Shown one piece after another: positions 57,765 to 64,000 of a DNA stretch of 64,000 bases. A program made the position numbers and the translations under genes. Every line of letters starts with the position of its first letter. The stretch's first letter is position 1. The DNA is from an uncultured bacterium (GTDB taxonomy: Bacteria; Krumholzibacteriota; Krumholzibacteriia; LZORAL124-64-63): NCBI GenBank assembly GCA_963727525.1, contig CAVSGO010000002.1:32001-96000 (forward strand). The letters are read 5' to 3'. The notes below the pieces were generated by a model. The model saw only the letters and a program-made list of their open reading frames with translations. It made no database searches and was not told the origin of the DNA.

Positions 57765-58721
57765 CTAGCGAAACAGCGACTTGATGGCGCCGAAGGTGGT
57801 CGGTTCGGTCGCAACGGCCTGCTCGATGACGATCTGGTCCCCGGTGCTGTGCAGGAACGGCAACGTCTGATTGTCGATGTCCCGCACATCCACGTCCACG
57901 AAATCGAGCGGCGAGGTGCCCACATCGATGGCCGTGAAGTGACACACCGCCAGCACGCCCCCATCCGTCGCCACCCCATCGAGGAACGACATCGCGAAAT
58001 GGATACTCGACGTCCCGCCTGTGGTGTAGTCGTAGAAGTAGTACAGCAACCCCTGTGTCGTGACCCAGTCACCCGGCGTCACGGCATCGAGCGCCACGAT
58101 CGCCGGATCGAAATCCACCGCGACCTCCGCCCCCTTCACCTGACTCCCCACCGCATCGATCCGCAGATCCACCGTGAAAACCATCGTCACCGGCACCGAC
58201 ACCGACGGATCAAAGTAGAGCTGACTGCTCGGCACCGTGATCAGATCCCCGGTACTGTGACCGAAGGCCAGGTCCTGGTTGGCCCCATCCCGCGCCACGA
58301 CCTGCACGAAGTCGAGAGGGGAGTCTCCGGCGGCCAGAGCGGTGAAGTGGCAGATGGCGACATCTCCGGTCCCACTTCGACCATCGCCGAGAAATGCGGC
58401 ATCAAAAAACAGCACGCCCGGAGCGACATCGTCCGTGAAGTCGTGGAAGAAGTACGGCAAACCCGATGACACGAACCAGTCACCCGCATCGATGCCATCG
58501 AGCTGAACGATCGCAGGATCATACGACATGGTGACCTCGAGGCCATAAACGTCGTCACTCGCAGCATCGATCGTGATCGAAACGGTGAATTCCGTCTGCG
58601 TGGCCACGGTAAGCGGAGGCGAGACAGCGATTTCCTGCGCTGCAACCCGCGATGCGCCCACCATCCCCATCCCCACCATCGCCGCCCCGACCAGCCAAAG
58701 CCATATTGATTTCGTCATCAT
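57765..58721 (-). CDS. secreted protein with two tandem cohesin-like domains and the short C-terminal motif
   Basis: Internal duplication FTV.I.IDA...G.EV...YDPAIV.LD....GDW...CHFTA...G.SPLDFV...RD..NQ.L.F.HSTGD. Ends EPTTFGAIKSLFR. Confidence 0.8.
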   Translation of the reverse strand: MMTKSIWLWLVGAAMVGMGMVGASRVAAQEIAVSPPLTVATQTEFTVSITIDAASDDVYGLEVTMSYDPAIVQLDGIDAGDWFVSSGLPYFFHDFTDDVAPGVLFFDAAFLGDGRSGTGDVAICHFTALAAGDSPLDFVQVVARDGANQDLAFGHSTGDLITVPSSQLYFDPSVSVPVTMVFTVDLRIDAVGSQVKGAEVAVDFDPAIVALDAVTPGDWVTTQGLLYYFYDYTTGGTSSIHFAMSFLDGVATDGGVLAVCHFTAIDVGTSPLDFVDVDVRDIDNQTLPFLHSTGDQIVIEQAVATEPTTFGAIKSLFR

Positions 58722-58957
58722 GATTATCGGCCCCCATTGGTCTTCTATTGAATCGAGAAACGCAGATCACTCTCTGTATCATGCGCGCCAGATCCTACAT
58801 CAAACCACACCTCACAATCAAGCCAACAAGGTATCTTTATAACAACTCTCCATTGAATTCATACTACACCTGCAGTACACTGCGCGTCTGGCTGGGGGCC
58901 GGATCAAGTCTGCGAACGTCTAATCCGACAGTCCACAAGCACCGTTGACACACAACG

Positions 58958-59155
58958 CCTCGAAACCATCGCTGACCATTTTGCTTTGGGTGTGAGGTCG
59001 AGGGGAGGTGACGGGCGGCACGTCAATCGCGAACATCTGATGGTTTCGAGGATCCAGGTCTTCGCGACCGTTCATCACTGTTCCGTCGTTCTCGGAACTC
59101 CTGCCATCGGATACGTCGATGGAGGGGTTCTTTCTCTCCTGAGGAACGATCGGAC
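58958..59155 (+). promoter_or_regulatory. structured 5' leader candidate
   Basis: 13-bp inverted repeat 58958-58970 / 59039-59051 plus nested stems immediately before the RBS of the 59181 gene. Confidence 0.4.
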
Positions 59156-59180
59156 TCCATGTCCGGGAGGAATCTGAATT

Positions 59181-62100
59181 ATGACAAAGTCATTCGTACG
59201 GTCGCTTAGCGTCGTCGTCGTTGCGGCAGCGCTTCTGACAGCGGTGTGTGCCGAGGCCGGCACGCCCGTCTCGCCATTTGACAGCAACGGCCAGACCAAG
59301 ATCGATACAACCCATCGCAGCATTGATCGTTCGAAAGACCTGGGCGATCCCGTGAATTTTGCGGCCGCGCTCGCGGCTGGCGCCGATTACTTGCGACACG
59401 CCCAGGCCGATATCACGGAAGACAACGCCGCGAATGATCCCGAAGTTGACCCCGATGACGGTGGTTGGGACTTCCTACTCACGGCGCCCAATTACACGCA
59501 CACCGCATCAGCCAGTTCGTTGAACATCTATGGTGCTACCGTGCAGGGTGCATATCGCGCCTATTTGCAGACGCCAAGCGCGTCGTTACTCGCGACACTG
59601 GCAGATGCTGCGAACGGAATCATGAATAACCCCTCGATTCATTCTGGTCCGGATCTGGTCTTCTTGATCAACTACAGCGCTCTGGTTTCCGGCCCCACCT
59701 ACGCCGCCACGGCGAAAGCACGGTACGACGCCCGGATTGCTTTCTACGGCGATGCAGCGTCGCTCGCGGCTTCCATTCGTGACGCAAGAGCTGGCCAAGG
59801 ATACGCAAACGGCATCATCCCGTGGGATGTCGCGCCGTGGGTCGTCACCGCGCAACTGCTAGATGGCCTATACTCCGGGCTAGGGTATGACGCCCAGGCG
59901 GATGCGATGGCCGAGGTTCTCTACCAAGATTCATATTTGGTTAACCCCGGCGACTTTGACATCGATACCGACAATGGTTGGGATCCGACCTATACCGACA
60001 CCAATTTCTACTGGTACAATCTTGGCATTTCCGGACTCATCGACTCTTTCCGCGCTTCGAACACCCACACGAGCGAAATACCCGACCTCGTGGCACGCAT
60101 TCTCGCTAGCCAGACGTCAGAAGGCGCGATATGCGGCTCGTATGGAGTCCACGCCAATGACGAAGACTGGCAATCCACCGCCTATGCCACACTCTCACTT
60201 GCGGCTCTAGACCAAGCAACGTATCAGATGGACATCAACCGTATGGCTTACTTCTTGGCAGCCACGCAGGACGCCGTCCACGGGTCCTGGACCTTCAGCG
60301 ACGACACGCACATCACCGAAATCGGCGGCGAGTGCACGGCTGCGGTTTCCTTCGGAATGCACTCCGACGACGTGATCGTCGACGTCAGCTTCACCAGCCA
60401 GAGTGCCGTCGACGCGTACAATACCACGCATGGCACGCACTACATCTGGGGATATGACGCTTTTGCTGATATTCAGAGCGGCATCGACAACGTGTCGGGG
60501 TCGACGGTCAACGTTCTGGCCGGCACCTACGTGGGCGCGTTCACGCTCCCGGCTCACCTGACGCTGTACGCGCCGGCCGGCCCGACCTTGACCACGATCA
60601 CAGGGAATTCAGACGTGGTTCTTACTGTCGCCGGCGATGACGTGACGATCGACGGTTTCACGATCACCAACCCCGGCGGCCACCATGCAATCCTGTGCGC
60701 CAATCAAAGTGGATTGGCGGTTCTCAACAACCACGTCACGGACGTCGGCTCGGCCGCGTCCCTGGACAACACCCATGCCGTCTCGGTTAGTAGTACGACT
60801 GCCGCCGTGACGGACATCTCGATTCAGAACAACCAGATCGACGCCATCCGGGGTCAGCTGGGCCACAAATCGGTCTCGGCGATCGCTATCGGATTCACCG
60901 GCGTTGCGATCAATATCGACGGCGTGGTAATCCAGGGGAACACGATCGACGACATCGTGAGCAATGAGCCGAATCCCGCAGACGGCTGGGGCGCCTACGG
61001 CATCATCGTCAACCACACTTCGACCCTCAACCTGCAGATCCTCGACAACACGATCACCAACATCGAGGGACTCTGGGCGCATGGCATCGGCCTGGAGGGC
61101 GACACGCCCGGCGCCATGGTCACGGGAAACACGATCTCGGACCTCATCGACCACAAGGTGACGCCTGACGCCGTGGGCGTTCAGGTCGAGGACAACCCCG
61201 GCCTCGCCTCCGTGCATATCAACAACAACAGCTTCGACAACATGAGCCTCGGCGTGACCAACGTCGTCGGTGGTCCCAACTCCGTCGATGCTTCCTGCAA
61301 CTGGTGGGGCAGCGTGGGCGGCCCCGACGTGCCGGGCAACCCGAATCCGGGCGCGCCCAGCACCACCAGCTTCGTGACGTTCATGCCCTGGCTCGACGGG
61401 TATCCGATGGGCGCGTGCTCGCTCACCGTCGGCACCATCGACGCCACTGGCCCGGCGGCCTGCCTGACCAACGCCAATCCGTGCGGCCAGGTGGCGGTCA
61501 ACTTCGATCGCGGCGGCGCGATCACCAACGTGCGTGGCGTCAGCGTGACGTTCCAGCTGTCCGCGGAGCTCGAGCTGTGCGCTCCGGCGACGCCGGCGAG
61601 CAACATCCACATCGCATCATTCTGGGGAGCCTACCCCCTGAACACGCAGGTCCTCGACAACGGCAGCGGAAGTTACACCGTGGACACCGCAGTGCTTGGT
61701 TCACCTTGCGGCCCCGTCGCCAGCGGCGATCTCTTCATGATCGACGTCACGCCCAGCGGCATGGGCGCCGAGACGACCGGTATGGTGACCATCACCAGCG
61801 TGACGGTCCGCGATTGCGCGAACGCACCGTTGCCCGGCGTCGCGGGCGGCGCGGCGACCGTCTCGATCGACCAGATCGAGCCCGATCCCGTGACGAGCCT
61901 GACGGCCACGCAGAAGAAGACCGGCAACGACACCGACGGGACCACACAGATCAACCTCGGCTGGGCCGCGTCTGGCTCCATGGACGTCAACCACGTCGAG
62001 ATCTGGCGCAAGGGCTTCGGGCACTACCCCGAGTATGACGACAACGGTGGCGCCGTCCCCACTGGGCCGATCACGATCGGCAACGGCTGGGCGCTCGCTG

Positions 62101-63176
62101 CCTTCTTCCCTGGCAACGCGACGGTCGTGTACACCGACGAACCCAGCAGCCGCGACTACTGGTACTATGCCGTTCTCGTCTTTGACGATTGCGGCAGCGT
62201 GTCCACGGCGACTATGACGACGGGCACGCTGAACTACCATCTTGGCGACGTACGGCCGGGGTCGACGGGTGACAACCACGTCGACACCGCGGACATCTCG
62301 CGACTCGGCAATCACTACGGCGAGACGCTCGGGACGCCGACAGACCCCTCGGGAGACATCGACGTCGGTCCCACGACCGACATGTCCGTCGATGGTCGTC
62401 CGACGACGGACAACTACATCGGGTTCGAGGACCTCATCATGTTCGCCATCAACTACGGTGTGGTGTCACGCCAGGTGCCGCAGCATCCGCTCGGCAACGG
62501 CGGCAACGCCGTGGCCGTGAAGGTGGATCCCGCGACGAACGGCACAATCGAAGCTCAGATCACGATGCAGGGTAACGGGGCCATCCAGGGTCTGAGCGTG
62601 CCACTGGTCTGGAATGCCGACGTGGTCGAGCCGGTGGGCTTCACGGAAGGCAGCATCATCAGCGACCAGGGCGGCCTTGGCATGGTGCTCAGCCCGCGCC
62701 CGGGCATGATCGACGCGGCGATCTTCGGTGTGCGCGATCGTGGCATCGATGGTGAGGGCGCGCTGGCGACGGTGACGTTCCGCATGATCGGTACGGGTGA
62801 CCCCCGAATCGCTCTGGGCGAGATCACGGCACGCGATGCGGGCAACAAGCCCGTCCAGATTTCTGGCGAGCTGGCGGCTCCGTCAACGCCGCTTCCGGAT
62901 CAGACGACGCTTTACGCTAATACTCCCAACCCGTTCAACCCGGCGACGAAGTTGGCCTTCGCACTCAGTCGCCCGGGCGCGGTGAGTCTGCGGATCTACG
63001 GCATCGATGGACGCCTCGTGCGCACCGTCGTGGCCGGGGACCTCGCGGTCGGTCGGCACGAGTACATGTGGTACGGTGACGACGATGGTGGTCGAACCGT
63101 GGCGTCGGGAACCTACGTGGTGCGGCTCGAAGCACCCGACCGTTCCCAGATGCAACGGATCACGCTCGTGAAGTAG
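59181..63176 (+). CDS. 1331-aa secreted multidomain protein: helical N-domain, right-handed beta-helix, FN3-like, dockerin-like, cohesin-like, FlgD-Ig CTD
   Basis: Signal peptide, parallel beta-helix repeats (I.NN.I, IQGNTI, CNWWG), GDV...D..VD.ADI..L...YG, WNADVVEPVGFTEG...LATVTF, and NTPNPFNP...WYG.DDGG.TVASGTY. Confidence 0.85.
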   Translation: MTKSFVRSLSVVVVAAALLTAVCAEAGTPVSPFDSNGQTKIDTTHRSIDRSKDLGDPVNFAAALAAGADYLRHAQADITEDNAANDPEVDPDDGGWDFLLTAPNYTHTASASSLNIYGATVQGAYRAYLQTPSASLLATLADAANGIMNNPSIHSGPDLVFLINYSALVSGPTYAATAKARYDARIAFYGDAASLAASIRDARAGQGYANGIIPWDVAPWVVTAQLLDGLYSGLGYDAQADAMAEVLYQDSYLVNPGDFDIDTDNGWDPTYTDTNFYWYNLGISGLIDSFRASNTHTSEIPDLVARILASQTSEGAICGSYGVHANDEDWQSTAYATLSLAALDQATYQMDINRMAYFLAATQDAVHGSWTFSDDTHITEIGGECTAAVSFGMHSDDVIVDVSFTSQSAVDAYNTTHGTHYIWGYDAFADIQSGIDNVSGSTVNVLAGTYVGAFTLPAHLTLYAPAGPTLTTITGNSDVVLTVAGDDVTIDGFTITNPGGHHAILCANQSGLAVLNNHVTDVGSAASLDNTHAVSVSSTTAAVTDISIQNNQIDAIRGQLGHKSVSAIAIGFTGVAINIDGVVIQGNTIDDIVSNEPNPADGWGAYGIIVNHTSTLNLQILDNTITNIEGLWAHGIGLEGDTPGAMVTGNTISDLIDHKVTPDAVGVQVEDNPGLASVHINNNSFDNMSLGVTNVVGGPNSVDASCNWWGSVGGPDVPGNPNPGAPSTTSFVTFMPWLDGYPMGACSLTVGTIDATGPAACLTNANPCGQVAVNFDRGGAITNVRGVSVTFQLSAELELCAPATPASNIHIASFWGAYPLNTQVLDNGSGSYTVDTAVLGSPCGPVASGDLFMIDVTPSGMGAETTGMVTITSVTVRDCANAPLPGVAGGAATVSIDQIEPDPVTSLTATQKKTGNDTDGTTQINLGWAASGSMDVNHVEIWRKGFGHYPEYDDNGGAVPTGPITIGNGWALAAFFPGNATVVYTDEPSSRDYWYYAVLVFDDCGSVSTATMTTGTLNYHLGDVRPGSTGDNHVDTADISRLGNHYGETLGTPTDPSGDIDVGPTTDMSVDGRPTTDNYIGFEDLIMFAINYGVVSRQVPQHPLGNGGNAVAVKVDPATNGTIEAQITMQGNGAIQGLSVPLVWNADVVEPVGFTEGSIISDQGGLGMVLSPRPGMIDAAIFGVRDRGIDGEGALATVTFRMIGTGDPRIALGEITARDAGNKPVQISGELAAPSTPLPDQTTLYANTPNPFNPATKLAFALSRPGAVSLRIYGIDGRLVRTVVAGDLAVGRHEYMWYGDDDGGRTVASGTYVVRLEAPDRSQMQRITLVK

Positions 63177-63189
63177 CGACGGCTCGGCG

Positions 63190-63272
63190 GGTGGTCGCTT
63201 GATTGCGACCACCTCCACCATCACCATGCAGAAGCCGGCCCCGCGAGTCCATGAATGGACCACGGGGCCGGC
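63190..63272 (+). terminator. two intergenic hairpins
   Basis: GGTGGTCGC/GCGACCACC (63190-63213) and GCCGGCCCCG...CGGGGCCGGC (63234-63272). Confidence 0.45.
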
Positions 63273-63295
63273 TGTACCGAGGCGAAGGAATAGTC

Positions 63296-64000
63296 ATGAA
63301 GATCCTTGAATATAGAATCGTCAGAAGCGGCGCGGCCTCGGTACTGGCGCTTTGCGCAGCTTCTATCGCCGCGACCGCGATCGCTTCCGTCGACCTTTCG
63401 ATCTTGCCAGCCGCCACGATCGCCCAGCCGGGCGATACCGTGACCGTGGACCTGACCATCGTCGGTGAAGGCGACGCGTTCAACGGATACGACGCGCGGG
63501 TCCACTATGACAAGCAGCGGCTCGTTTTCCTGCAACTGTCACCGATCGGCCTGCAGGAAGGGTCTCTGATGACCGACGCCTGCCCCAACCGCTTTCATAT
63601 CTTCACTATAGCCCCCGACAGCGCCTACGTGACGATCAATCATGTGCTGCTCTGCGCGGGAGTTACCGTCACCGGCCCCGGCGTCGTCTATCGGCTCGAG
63701 TTCATCTGCCAGGACATCCTCGGCGGAACGCCGCTCACGCTGGATCCCGACGTGACCCATTTCTACGACGATGGGTTTTACGTTGAACCTGTGAATCTCA
63801 CGGACGCGACGATCCAGATCGGTGGGTCCACAGCAACGCCTGATCGCGTGGGCGTCGTGCCGTCGCTCGAAGCCGCGCCCAACCCTTTCAACCCACAGAC
63901 CACTCTCACGTTTGCGCTGCCTCGCGCCGACTACGCGACGCTCGAGGTCTTCGATCTCGCCGGTCGCCTGGTCCGACATCTCGCTGCGGACGATTTCTCC
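63296..64000 (+). CDS. secreted cohesin-like + FlgD-Ig CTD protein, truncated by the window edge
   Basis: My translation (not in the ORF track): MKILEYRIVRSGAASVLALCAAS...PGDTVTVDLTI..EGDAFNGYDARVHYD...AAPNPFNPQTTLTFALP...FDLAGRLVR. Confidence 0.85.
   Translation, partial: MKILEYRIVRSGAASVLALCAASIAATAIASVDLSILPAATIAQPGDTVTVDLTIVGEGDAFNGYDARVHYDKQRLVFLQLSPIGLQEGSLMTDACPNRFHIFTIAPDSAYVTINHVLLCAGVTVTGPGVVYRLEFICQDILGGTPLTLDPDVTHFYDDGFYVEPVNLTDATIQIGGSTATPDRVGVVPSLEAAPNPFNPQTTLTFALPRADYATLEVFDLAGRLVRHLAADDFS

Noticed and set aside
58722-59180. c-di-GMP riboswitch or tRNA in the long intergenic region
   Set aside because: I could not find the GEMM consensus elements or a cloverleaf/T-loop pattern. 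Kept only as an unnamed structured leader.
1-64000. Many long overlapping or antisense Arg/Ala/Gly-rich ORFs in the track (for example 1278..2897 -, 20270..22345 -, 33963..36011 -)
   Set aside because: These are shadow ORFs expected in high-GC DNA. They have no recognisable motifs and lie opposite or out of frame to well-supported genes.

Overview
GC-rich bacterial chromosomal segment of about 48 genes. I found no rRNA, tRNA or CRISPR array. A PorV-family gene and four proteins ending in a PNPF...FlgD-Ig/T9SS-like C-terminal domain suggest an FCB-group candidate lineage such as Krumholzibacteriota, Latescibacterota or Eisenbacteria (inference). In order along the window: a GH130-GH38-glycosylasparaginase operon; an orphan RiPP-style cassette (nucleotidyltransferase, S26 peptidase, HPr-kinase-like protein, PqqD); a tandem array of paralogous secreted Cys/Asp/Tyr-rich proteins; a secreted CC-repeat protein; an AmmeMemoRadiSam operon; a 2819-aa DUF11 adhesin-like gene coupled to PorV-TPR and HD-GYP genes; an IS1-like element with 21-bp inverted repeats; Fe-S/heme/iron genes behind a perfect CRP-type box; peptidases; cheR/cheB; djlA-mutM; an HNH gene with repeated palindromes; a doubly frameshifted DUF885 gene; and a cohesin/dockerin-like surface protein cluster. 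The strongest novelty candidate is a short C-terminal motif, [ST/N]-[WF]-[SG]-x-[VI]-K-[AS]-[LI]-[FY], ending six ORFs from at least two unrelated families. It looks like a second protein-sorting signal alongside the FlgD-Ig CTD. All family assignments come from reading motifs by eye; no searches were run.
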